Below, piece by piece: positions 1-13,130 of a stretch of DNA of 64,000 nt. The stretch is from Malacoraja senta (taxonomy: Eukaryota), in the NCBI GenBank assembly GCA_038087875.1, contig CM075996.1, positions 3,350,001-3,414,000 of the forward strand. The letters are read 5' to 3'. The notes under the pieces are model-generated. The model ran no database searches. It saw nothing but the letters and a program-made list of their open reading frames with translations, and was not told the DNA's origin. The translations under genes and the position numbers were made by a program. The number at the start of each line of letters is the position of its first letter. The first letter of the stretch is position 1.

Positions 1-1328
1 GGGTCACCAATGAGGTAGATAGTAGTTCAGCACTGCTCTCTAGTTGTGGTAGGACGATTCAGTTGCCTGATAACAGCTGGGAAGAAACTGTCCCCGAATC
101 TGGAGGTGTGTGTGTTTCATACTTGTATACCTTTTGCCTGATGGGAGAGGAGGGATGGGTCAGGCAGCATCTCTGGAGAAAACGGACAGGTGATGTTTCG
201 GTTCTGGACCTTTTTTCAGACTGACTATTCTATTGGTCTCTACAACAGATGTTTTTATAACCAAACTCATGAGTAATTTCCTGTTTTTTAAAGTAGATGG
301 TTAGATATGGCCTGGTTTTTATAACAATTTTGCAGCAGAGAAATTGTAATTAACCTATTGATCTAATAAATGGATCTATTTTATTTGGTTTAACTACACC
401 TCATTGCAGTATTTTCCACAATCTCATTGCTATTTGAAAGAAGTTGCTCTAACTCCCAATTTGATTTAATATTGATTATCTAGTTTTTAACAACCTCTTA
501 ATTTAGGACTTCATACTAACTTTAAAAAATTAAAATTAGCTTTATATCTATTAACATTTCTGTAGTTTTCTTGCAACAGTTGTTAACCTGGCAGGGATGG
601 TTCTTGCTCTTTGAACATTTTTCAATTCAATCTACAAAATCTGGAGTTATTGGGAAAAACCTGACCAATTCATCTGTTACTACTCCATTCGCTCTCTATT
701 CAGGCTGGTAACTATTGGACCCTGAAAATGTGGATACTTAATTTATCCGTGGACTTCATTCGATTTTCCCCCCCGATTAAATTTTTTTTTTTTAAGTATC
801 TTCCGTATTGTTTCTCTGGTTCTCACATATCAATGGTATTCTCTATTCCCGCCTATAAAAAGTACATATTTAACATATCTATATCCTGTTTATTCAGCAT
901 ATTTTCTCTTTGGCTTGAGGTTCAGTGATCAAAAATTGTAAGCAACTAGTTTTTGAGTCACAACTGCCTAATTCAGCCACCCATAGCATACATTTAGTTT
1001 TTTCTTCCCAGAAACTAACTCATCTGGTGAGTATTTCCAGCATCTCTGACTTCAGATTGCCAGAACTCCTGTGAACTACATCTTTGTTTCAGCATGTATT
1101 TCTCGTTTCTATTGCTCTCATTTATATCTTACTCCTCCAGATATATCAGGTGTGATTAACAAAAATGTGTTTTCCTCTGTTACACTGCACAAAAGCAAAA
1201 TAATATTAAATGAACTCCGCATATCACAGGTATTCTCTTTGTCCCCTCTCTTCCTTCTCTGCAACTTAAAATGGGCATGGTTTCTCATTCTTGCGGTTTT
1301 ATAGCTACTGAGGCTGCCATGGAACGAA

Positions 1329-1420
1329 GTCTGAAGAAGGGCCTCGACCCAAAACGTCACCCATTCCTTCTTTCCAGAGATGCTGCCTGTCCCGCTGAGT
1401 CACTCCAGCATTTTGCTTCT
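1329..1420 (+). repeat. Solo Penelope pseudo-LTR fragment
   Basis: gtctgaagaagggcctcgacccaaaacgtcacc...gatgctgcctgtcccgctgagtcactccagca; same family as 9799-9890. Confidence 0.7.
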
Positions 1421-1833
1421 AACTTCACTATTAGCAATTAGTCAGATTGTTCCATAACAGTCTTCAGGGAACTAGATCATAGCAGCAAGTACCAAGACTC
1501 CGAACTTTGGCAGTCATTCAAATCTAAAGAAGTGCAGCATATGGGAATCAATATGGGCAAGTCCTAGTGAAGACCCACTTTTGGGTCCATTTCCTCATTG
1601 TTTAACTGTGAATTAACCATGATGGTTATACAAACCAGTAATCCAATTTCCGACATTAAGTCAGAAGTAGAACAATGCACTTTGAAGATGTTGTCACATT
1701 TGTGAAATAGAACAGGGAAATGTTCTAACAACCACGCTTGGTTCTTTCATAACCTGAAGAGCTTAGTCCAATTACCCAATGGGCAGAACTTCCAAAAAAT
1801 AGGCTATCATACTTTTGAAATGCAAAATAGTAA

Positions 1834-2039
1834 CAGTGCCCTCCATAATGTTTGCGACAAAGACCCATCATTTATTTATTTTCCTCTGTACTCCACAATT
1901 TGAGATTTGTAATAGAAAAAAATCACATGTGGTTAAAGTGCACAGTCAGATTTTATTAAAGGGTATTTTTACACATTTTAGTTTCACCACGTCGAAATTA
2001 CAGCTGTGCTTATACATCGTCCCCCCCTTTTCAGGGCAC
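1834..2039 (+). mobile_element. Tc1/mariner terminal fragment
   Basis: cagtgccctccataatgtttg terminus; the reverse-complement terminus followed by TA occurs at 28946-28986. Confidence 0.6.
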
Positions 2040-4094
2040 TTCAACAATTCTCATCCTTGTTTTTTCCCAGCTCTTCATAATCCCAACTGCTCTCTTGGCT
2101 ACAATCTCACTCAATGCTCAAACCTCTGATATATTTCTCTTTCAGTTGCAGACTGTCGATCCTTTCCTCAATCACCCACGCACCACACTATTGGTTATGT
2201 AGCTAAAGACCCTTGCTAGGAATTTCCTCTTGAAACTTGTTTCACTCCTTCATCCAAGTTAACACTTTAAAGTTATGTCCAAACTGCTAATAATCTGCCC
2301 TCATAACTTAACGTGGCCCAAACTCATATTTATAATACTTTGAAACATTTTGCTACATTAATGCTCCATATAAACACAGCTGCGGGTATTATTTGGCAAT
2401 AAAGCACATCTGAATATCAATCGACATAGAGCATAGAACATCTACCATCTCTTAAAATAAGTAGTTTAAAATCCACAAAGGGTTGTAACTTCATTTATTT
2501 AGGAGATGCTGCGAACAGAGAGATATTCTGTAATTCCATCATTGTTGCAAAGAGGCTACAGTGACTGACTGGATTTATAATGGAATGGGGATTACTGAAG
2601 AGACAACAGCTGAGCATTGCAGTACATTGTTTAGAGATATACTAGCATTGTGGTTATGTTACTAGACTAACATTGACCCCTGGACAAATACTCCAGAGAC
2701 AAGTTCAATCCCTACTGTGGCAACGTATACTTAATTTTTTTTCGAGAAAAAGAAAGCAATTGGATTGTTGTTAAAAACCCGCCTGGTTCCCAATGTCCTG
2801 TTGGGAAGTGTCCTTAGTATGTTCTACATGGATTCAAAACCCACAGTAATGTGGCTAACTCTTAATTAAGCTCTGAAAAGTCCTGTAACTCACTTGGCTG
2901 TATCATTGCCATTCACTATGGGAACAGTGCACATGAAAGACAGCTCAATAAAAAGCCTCAACAGTCTGGGTCTACGTAGTGGACAGGAAAATACAATTAA
3001 TAGCGAGGGGTTAGAATGCATTGTAGCATGACAGTGTAAAGTAATACATTGCACATCACATTCAGAAATCATCATAGATATAAACAGCTTACGGTAAAAA
3101 AGGGGACAGTGACACAGACTTGTGGAAAAAAGACATGAGAGATTGTTCGACAGAGAAGATCAAAGTAGAAACAACGACCACCAGTAATTCAGCTAGCTGG
3201 GGATTGGAGGATTGAGAAGGAACTGCAGCGTCTGACTGGGTCAGATTAAACTGCAAGTAATAAGCCAAAATAGTCAACAAGATCATATAGTGCAAGTGTA
3301 AAGTCTACACCATAAAAGACAAAAGCTAGTCAAAGCATGAGGGAAGAATTAGACAACAATGCAGCCTTTTCACTGGGACAATAAAAAATATCAAAATTAT
3401 TCAATTATATTGATCTATCAGTATAATGTAACATTCGAGTCTGGTAACTGCAAAACATCCTTATGTTAAATTTAATATTTAGAATATACATGTTACCAAA
3501 GATTAAGTCGTCTAGTATCTTGCTTGAAAGCTGGGTAGTGCAGAGATAGAAATGTTATGGGACCATCTTATTCGGAATCATTTCATATTTTCAACTTAAT
3601 ATTATTGTCCCAATGTTCTATCTTTTGTATCATGCCAGTAAATATCTCATCAATGATTTAAACAAATTAACTCTACTAATAGGTGGAAAAATAGAACCAG
3701 AATTTGGGATTCTCTAATGACTTGTGGTAATGACCTCGCAGAAGCAATTTTATCATCTGGAATGGAAGACAAAACAGCTGACAGAGGCACAAAGTGGCAT
3801 CCAATATACAGCATTCACATTAAAGCTGTAGTGTGCAATTACATCTACAGACTAGAGGAACAATACTGATGAAAACTGAGCTGGCAACCAACTTGGTCCC
3901 AAGTCTATATTATAGAGTTACTCAACCATTTGCTGTTGGCTATTTAGATTTAAAAGGCATTTAAGATTAATTCCAGCTGAAATGTCATTGATTTTTTTTA
4001 GGACAAAATGTCAGTGCCCAAGAGGAATTAAACTCAGGTCAGCCAACTGAAAGTCTTGCATTCTAATCCGTCAATTGATTTTGCCCGTCCGTAA

Positions 4095-4650
4095 TTAATT
4101 TGGAATATTGTGAGCAATTTTGGGCACCATATCTGATGAAGGATATGCTGGCTCTGGAGAGGGTCCAGAGCAGGTTTACTAAAATGATCCCAGGAATGAG
4201 TGGATTAATATATGATGAGCGTTTGACGGCACTGGGACTCTAGACGCTGGAGTTTAGAAGGATGAGGGGGGGGTCCTCATTGAAACTTACCGAATAGTGA
4301 AAGGCTTGGATAGAGTGCTTGTGGAGAGGATGTTTCCACTCGTGGGAGAGTCAAGGACCAGAGATCATAGCCTCAGAATTAAAGGACGTTCCTTTAAGAA
4401 GGAGATGAGGAGGAATTTCTGTAGTGGGAGGGTGGTGAATCTGTGGAATTATTTGCCACAGAAGGCTGTGGAGGCCAAGTCAATCAATATTTTTAAGGCA
4501 GAGATAGATATTCTTGATTAGTACGGGTGTCAAGGGTTATGGGGAGAAGGCAGATGAATGGGGTTAGGAGGGAGTGATAGATCAGCCATGGTTGAATGGC
4601 GGAGTAGACTTGATGGGCCGAATGGTCTAATTCTGCTCCTATCACATGAC
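4095..4650 (+). mobile_element. CR1-clade LINE 3' fragment
   Basis: LERVQ...KGLDRV...MFPLVGESRTRDHSL...RVVNLWNYLPQKAVEA C-terminus plus 3' UTR gggccgaatggtc. Confidence 0.88.
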
Positions 4651-7634
4651 CTTATAACCTTAATGTTACCAAGCAGATTGTATGTTACTGACTGGCGATG
4701 AGTTTTCTTCCAATCCAAAAGGGAGAGTTAAAGCCTTCTAGATATATTGATGAGGCTCACTCTTCGTAAACCACAATTGGTTTGATAGGCCAGGTTTCAC
4801 TGTAAATAATGGAATTATATTGCAACTCCTATTCCACTATGAAACATTTGCATTGCCAATTTCTTTTTGTTTTTCATACATAATGAACCCATCACTTCTC
4901 AAAACGTTATGATCGTGTTTATAAAGAGCATAGAATTGACAACAAAATAAAATCACCATTTTTATTATATAACGCCATGGTCATAAGTGCAAAATATGAA
5001 TGGTTAGAACTCGTGCATTATTCATGACAATGCACTGTTCTCCTTAAGTTTAAAAATGAGCGCCACCTGCTGAGTTCAGTTGACAATGTACCAAAAGATA
5101 GAAAAAGAAGAGTTTACAATAAAGCCACACTGGTTCTCAACTGGCGCTGCCAGTATTCTAGGTCCACAACATTGAGTTATCCACCGATAACCCCAAAACA
5201 ATAAGTTAATCACTCTGATGATATAATTCAAACTTACAAATATGTTTTTAAAATACATGAAACTGTGGTAAATTAGCATTAACAAGACATTACAAAATGA
5301 TTATTAGCAGTCTCTACCTAGTTCATTGCCACATCACCACAGAGTGAATGAAAATTCTCATGTAAAGTGTACGGATAACGAGAACAAAACTACAACAGAT
5401 GCTCCTAGGCGTTATATAATAGCAATAATGAACTGGAAGGTGTATATTATTGTATACACTTTGGGTATACATTCTTTGCATCCTTTCCGCTAGGGATTCC
5501 AATATATATATAAAACCAAAATTGTCACCATCACTCAGATATCAATGTTGTAGTATTTTATCCTCTTGGGCATGGAAGACAGTAGAACCCCAGTAGTTTA
5601 GACACCATTATGACTCCCTAATCAGTATAATCGATAACACCCCCCCCCCCATCAATTCTAAGTTAATATTTTTGGATAAAGGCGGATCTAGGATTACAAC
5701 CTCTCCTGTAGTAAAAGTCACTTTATTCATAAAAACACGTCAAATTGTCATGTTCGCTGAAAGTGCGGAATTGTTTTGCCTCAAACATGAAGCCTGCTCC
5801 AAAGCAGAGGTTGGACTCTAAATCTAGTGCTAAATCCAGTTACAGAAGAACCATAATTAGGAAATAGAAGCCAATCACAATCGTCAAATCATAACATTTT
5901 ATACAATATCTTGACGCATGACTAATAGAAAACCTCCTCTGAAAGGAACAGCCTTGTTTATAACACTATATAAGGTGCCATGCATAATAGAACAAACCAA
6001 TATGGTTTTATTGTCTTGTGCAAAATAGTATAAGCATATTGGAAACAGATTATTTAGTATATTCAAATTGTTGATTAGTTTTTACTTAACTTTTTAAAAC
6101 TTTACTGCTACTTGCACGGAAGGGAAATTGTTCCAATTGCTTGAGAATTTAATGAATGATCGTGCCCTCCGATATGGGTATTCGCCCAGCCATGTGTCTC
6201 AACAGATTTACTTCTGACAATCTTAGCTCAATCTATTATTTAAAAAATATTCAACTTTAGGCTAAAATACAAGTAATATTTACAAATTTCCTTTTGGAAA
6301 ATTTGTACAGCATTGCATTGGGTTTCGTGAAATTGGTCTAGTAACATGCAGATGTTTGCCACTATGATTATTTCTAAAACATAGAAACACACATTTTAAA
6401 AGGCTGCTTTACTCTTCTAGAGTTCCTACACTAATATGTACAAATTTCTGTTTGAGTATCAATTTTTGTTTTGGATAAGACAATATTGAAAAATAATTTC
6501 CTTCCACCCAAACAATTTTAAGGCACAGCTGTTTTGTTCACATCATTAACCTTCCTCTTGCCCAAGATTAAACCACAAATGACCCTGTATGGGAGACAGG
6601 GAATTAACCGATAAGATTTGGTGGGCCAGTGCATTATTTACTAATATACACCTTCTTACTCATTATTATTTCGAATGAAAAATATCATATCACATATTTT
6701 TGGATTGCATTTTTAAAAATGGCAGCAAGTAATTAAAGCACTTCAGAATTAAAAAATAATGCAAAGGCCTTTTACAATGTTAACTCCAAAATGTTACTTA
6801 TTTTGAGCTTTTGATGACTGAGGTAGCTTTACCCAGGACTAATAAAATTCATTTTTTTTAAACCTGCATTTGGGCGTGGAGGCAAGTATCAGTAGAAATG
6901 AATCTATATAGCCAACTGAACTAGTTCAACTAGCCACCACCACCTCAGTAATGGTCAGGAAAACAATATTCATATTGCACAATTCCTTTATTTATAATGA
7001 CGCAATATAAGACGCCCAGATTTCTTAAACTTTGTCACAAAATACAGTAATATTGCACTGCAACGTCAACATATCTGCTCTCTTCACAGATGCGTTCCAA
7101 TCTGCTGAACGCATCCAAAATGTTTTGATTAATGCTCGATCTTAATACTTGAAAACAAAACGGCTCCAACTTTTTAAGTAATTGGGGAATGGAACAACAA
7201 CCCTGGATCAAAAGTGCAATGTAAACAAATGGCTGAGTATGTTTTGGCTCACAGAAACACAACTTGCATATTCAAATCCTATTATAGCAAACTGAATATT
7301 GTGGGTTAATTTTTGTCTTCATTACTCGATACAGTAATTAATTCTATCACTACTTCTACACAGATAACTTTGCAATAGCTTCTCTAAAACCCTTTTACCA
7401 GAATCTCCTTTTTAAAATTCTTACGTATTTTAATTTGCACAGATTTCTAAATTTACATTTTATATAATTATGGCTATCGATTTAGAAGAGCTAAAACATG
7501 TTTCTAAAAGCCAATTTCTTCCTATATTTTCTTTCATTATACTGACAAATAAATATCAATCATACTCTTTACTGAAGCAGCAACATGTTAAATTTGGGGT
7601 AATGCAACTGGAAGCCTGACATGAAGGATTTAGT

Positions 7635-8070
7635 CACAGACTTATACAGCATGGAAACAGGCCTTTTGGCCCAAGTCATCCATGACGATCAAGCTGCCCA
7701 TCTACACTAATCCCATCAGCCTGTATTTAGCCTATCCCTCCAAGCCTTTCCTAGCCATGAACCTGTCCAAAAATCATTGTAGCATCATCATTGCACTTGC
7801 GTCTACTTCCTCCTCTGGCAGCCCATTCCCTACATCTACCATCTGTGTGAAAAATAAGTCCCTCAGATTTCCTTTGAATATTTGTCCTCTAGCTATTAGC
7901 CCATGCTGCTCTGGGAAATAGAATGTGACTTTCTACCTAATCTATGCCCCTCATAATTTTAACCTCAGCCTCCTTCTCTCAGGAAAAATTTCCCAGTCTA
8001 TCCAACTCCCCTTATAACTAAAGACCTCCAGTTCAGGTAATATTCATGTGAATCTTTTACACCTTTTCTG
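7635..8070 (-). mobile_element. Degraded CR1 LINE 3' fragment
   Basis: Reverse complement of the same CR1 tail (atacagcatggaaacaggcc...). Confidence 0.6.
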
Positions 8071-8454
8071 GCTTAATTACATACTTCAATTTACCTTTAT
8101 AAATACAAAAAGGCCTCGTCCGTGGAAACAATAATTTCATCAGATATAGGAGCAGAATTAAGCCATTTGGCCCATCAAGTCTACTCCGCCATCCAATGTA
8201 ATGGCAAAGTTACAAAAAAACAGAAGATCCCAGCACAAAATTGGCTGAACATAAGACGCCCATTAGATTAGGCTGAACATAAGATGCCCATTAGATGGGC
8301 TGCATTGGTACCCTTTTCTCTGTGTTGTAATTTGATCTCAGCTAAAATTGCAAGTGTGTCGTTTAGTCAAATCTCATGAATTCAATGGTAAGTCACTAAC
8401 AGAAGGAACAACTTCCACTATGTAACCTGAGCACTAAGTATTCCTTAAAGTCTT

Positions 8455-9890
8455 AAAGCCCTCCGTTTCTTCCTCAACCGCAGAACCAACCAATCCCCAT
8501 CTACTGATACTCTCCTCCGCCTAGCGGAGCTGGTCCTCACCCTTAACAACATTTTGTTTGACTCCTCCCATTTCCTCCAAATACAAGGCGTAGCTATGGG
8601 CAAGCGCATGGGCCCAAGCTATGCCTGCCTCTTTGTAGGGTACGTCGAACAATCTTTGTTCGAGGAGTACCATGGCCCTATCCCCGAACTCTACCTCTGC
8701 TACATCGACGACTGCATTGGTGCTACCTCCTGCACCCATACACAACTCACTGACTTCATCCATTTCACCACTAACTTCCATCCGGCACTCAAATACACCT
8801 GGACCATTTCCAACATTTCCCTACCATTTCTAGACCTCACTATCTCCATCGCATGTGATTTCGACTACAGACCGACATCTACTATAAACCCACTGACTCC
8901 CATGGCTATCTGGACTACACTTCTTCCCACCCTGCTTCCTGTAAGGACTCCATCCCCTACTCCCAATTCCTCCGTCTACGCCGCATCTGCACCCAGGATG
9001 AGGCGTTCCAAACCAGGTCATCGGAGATGTCCTCATTCTTCAGGAAACGGGGGTTCCCCTCTGCTTCTATAGATGAGGCTCTCACCAGGGTCTCTTCTAT
9101 ACCCCGTAACTCTGCTCTCACTCCCCATCCCCCCCACTCGTAACAAGGGCAGAGTCCCCCTTGTCCTCACCTTCCACCCTACCAGCCGTCACATACAACA
9201 AATATGCCTCCGACATTTTTGCCACCTCCAACGGGATCCCACCACTGGCCAAATCTTCCCATCTCCTCCCCTGTCTGCTTTCCGCAGAGACCGCTCCCTC
9301 CGTAACTCCCTGGTCAGTTCGTCCCTTCCCACTCAAACCACCCCTTGACTGCATTCAAAGACCCAAGCAGTCTTTCCAGATGCGGCAGAGGTTCACCTGC
9401 ACCTCCTCCAACTTCATATATTGCATCCGCTGCTCTAGGTGTCACCTGCTCTACATCGGTGAGACCAAGCGTAGGCTTGGCGATCGCTTCGCCCAACACC
9501 TCCGCTCGATTCGCAATAACCAACCTGATCTCCCGGTGGCTCAGTACTTCAACTACCCCTCCCATTCCGAATCCGACCTTTCTGTCCTGGGCCTCCTCCA
9601 TGGCCAGAGTGAGGCCCACCGTAAATTGGAGGAGCAGCACCTCATATTTCGCTTGGGCAGTTTACACCCCAGCGGTATGAACATTGACTTCTCCAATTTC
9701 AGGTTGTTTCTGCTTTCTCCTCTCCTTCTCAGCTCTCCCTCAGCCCACTGTCTCCGCCTCTTCCTTTCTTCTTCCCACCCACCGCCACCCTCACAATAGT
9801 CTGAAGAAGGGTCTCGAACCGAAACATTGCCTATTTCCTTTGCTCCATAGATGCTGCCACACCCGTTGAGTTTCTCCAGCATTTTTGTCT
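8455..9890 (+). mobile_element. 5'-truncated Penelope-like retroelement (RT, GIY-YIG endonuclease, pseudo-LTR)
   Basis: QIQGVAMGKRMGPSYACLF and YIDD RT motifs; IYCIRCSRCHLLYIGETKRRLGDRFAQH GIY-YIG motif; frameshifted; ends in ctgaagaagggtctcg...gagtttctccagca. Confidence 0.9.
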
Positions 9891-12800
9891 GCTAAGTATT
9901 CCAAAGTATTTAATGACAAGGAAATCAAAAATACACAAAGAAGGAACTACAAAATTTACGGTGGTCACCATATGTGTGGATGGAGAAATGTAGGGATTTT
10001 AAAAAGCAACTTCTAGAATTTGGCTGCACTGAAAAAAAAATTAAATCACTAATTGAATAATGGAGGTGATTTTTTTTGTGAAAGGTAGAACAAAAAGGAT
10101 CAATAAGGCTGTAAGGTAAACCAGAGAAACCAGCATGGCACAAGGCAACTGGGAGAGTGATTGCAAATGACATAAGTGATACGAAAAGATCTTTGAATGA
10201 AATAAGGATAATACTTATTTTGGAATTTTTGTAATCTTTTAATAATGTTCATTGCAGGACTAACTTAGAAACTGAGTTTAAAGTAATAATAAGCTTGAAT
10301 AAGACATTTGGTGTAGGCAAAAGAATGGGCAGATATTGATGGAAATTAAAGTCTCACATCATTAAATACCAAAGCTAACATTTGGTGGAGAAGGATGCCC
10401 AAAATAGGATTTTACAGCGAGGGGCTCAAGACGAGTTAAGATACTGAATAGGAGTGTAATTCTTTTGGTGATGATGTTTAACTGTGGATAGGTTTCCTAC
10501 TACTATATAATGAAAGATAAGGGTGAAAAGATAAAGCTGGGTTGCATTACAAACAAAGCAAACCCAAAGGTTAAAACTTCAAAGAGGCAGCACTGCAGAA
10601 CAGAAGAATGGCATGTTTGGAATCGTGATGCAAATAGCAGAGCAGAAACGAATGCTGGAAATACATAACCACTTTGCAACTTGGATAAGTGCAGATGTGA
10701 AAACAAGTCCTCAACATCTCACAATGATAGTATACAAGTTACTCCAGCATTTTGCATCTATCTTTGGTTTAAACCAGCATTTACAGCTTCTTCCTACAAC
10801 ACTACAGATAGAATGACTGGTGTACTATAGCCATTTAAGCTAGGATAAGTCTAGGCTTGGCTCTATAGTATTCTACAAATATAGGTATTACAAGGTTTAG
10901 GAAGGCAAGGAGGAGCTTCCTATCCAAATACAGTTGTAAAGACCATGTTAAAAAAAAATACAGAAGAAATTTTATCCTATGAATAATGGCTATGGTACTT
11001 TGATTGACATAATTTACAGCACTTTTGCACCATGGCCAAAATGTCAATACAGTTGACATTATATTATTAAATTATAACGAACTTAATTCTACATATCTAT
11101 TCTGCTCAAATGGATTAGTCCATAATTTCCCATACTCTAAGCGATCAAATACATTAAATCGAAACCTAAAGAGTAATCCTAACTATATTTAAAGATGCCA
11201 GCCAATAACAATGTTCCATACAACAGAGCAAAACTAAATATTTTAGTTTTGACAACGTAATGCTGCACTGATAATTATTTTGTAATGGTAACAAAATAAT
11301 TACAGTAAAAAAAACTGGGAAAATAGTTCAAATAGTCAAAGTAAAATCCCACTAGATTAAAAATGGAGCATGCATTAAAAGGGAAAGTCCACCAATCTTC
11401 AAAATTGCTCGCCACCAGTTTCTCAAATAAAATACAGGGTTGTAATTAATTCTAGTTCTAAAAAAGGAATACACATCTGGGAAGGAATTGAAGCACATCA
11501 TTGGTGGTGTACAATGAAGACTGCTGGTGGTTAATCAGAATTATTCATGTTACAACTTCCACCTTGTAGACAAACCATAATAACTTGCTGCATAAGAAGA
11601 AATCATCTCTGACTCATTTACCCATTAAGTTAAATTGATGCCTTCTCATTATTGCTCCTTCTGTCAGTGAAAATAGTTTTGTTTACTCTACCAAAGCTCC
11701 CCTTGACTATGAGCACAAATATTATTTTAACTATTTCTGCTCTAACAAGAATAATCCCAATTTCTTCAATCTTTTATCCTTGGTAAAATTCTAGTCAGTT
11801 GCTACGCCACTACATAATTTCTTATACGCCACTGATTTTGTCCCTAAAATCAGATGCCACATAAACTGGATACAATTCTTCAGCCGTGGCCTAACCAGTA
11901 ATTTGCAAAACCGTTTGCATATTTTGTGCTTTTATACTCTACACCTCAATGTAAAAAGCTGAGTATCCAACCTGCTTTTGCATCCCAACCCACTCCTATG
12001 TGAACTCATACCTCTTTAAAAGTGTATTATTTAGTTTGTTTCAGTTTTATATAAATTTATAGATAAAATTATATGGATTTATTTAATGAAAAAAGGGAAA
12101 TTATTTTTTCAATAACATTTCCATCTTGCTTGTTCAACTGAGAACATATCTATTTCAGCAACATTCATAGCGGTTAAAGGAAAAAATATACTACATAAAT
12201 ATTTTATACGTTCAATGTCCACTGATTGAAAGGGATTCTCTCTCAAAACCATTAGTAAAAACTCCTCAATCTGCCATAGAGACATGCTATTCTACGGCTA
12301 CAATAAAATTCCAGAAATGTCTCCAACATAGACCCATAGGAGGTTAAGTGTCTAATATCCAACAAGGATAATAGTTTAACTCCAGATCCTGGATAATGTG
12401 ATTAAAGGTTGTGTTGGAAATCCATATGTAGTATGGACATTTGTAACTATTACTGGACACTTAGCACTACAAAGGAACCAGTTTTTGATGTCAGATTTCA
12501 TCTAATACAAATTGGAGCTGTATTTTGTACATTTTATTGGCATAAGATTGATTTCTGATTTAGCGTTTCTTGAGTTTTATAATCAAAGTACCATTCTGAA
12601 TTGGTATCCTCAGACTTCCTGCATTGTAATCAGTGCTATAACAAAGGCCCAGCATTTCAGACCCTCTGGTGAAGCAGCTAAGTCTTGGTGCAGCTTTGCC
12701 AGATATCTACATCAAGCCTGTGGTCTCCTCATTGTATACCTTTGGACCCACAGTACACCCAATTTTAACGCCTGTGCAGATTCCCAGGTTCAACATTTTT

Positions 12801-13130
12801 GCTGTCCCTTTATAATCAGAGATGTAATAACAGATAAAATATACTTTAGGAGTAATGCCAACTGAGTAGGGAATCATTGCGGCAGCTTACAATTATATTT
12901 TATAAAATAGCCAACCTCTATTGATCAAAAGCTCAATTTAAAGAACTAGTAGTTTCACTGACTCAGTCAGAGTCATGTTAAATACAACACTGAAATTTCA
13001 AACTGTTATACTTTTACGGCTGTTTATTTCAGAACTATACTATATATATTCATTCTTTTAAAACAGTACATTGCTAATTTAAAGTATTTTTCTGTGCAGT
13101 TATTGAATTTCATTCACTGTACCACACAGT

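Noticed and set aside
1..13000. Downstream ATF7IP exons (VIDLT SIM, FN3 domain)
   Set aside because: Not found by eye; probably outside the window, though a small exon could have been missed.
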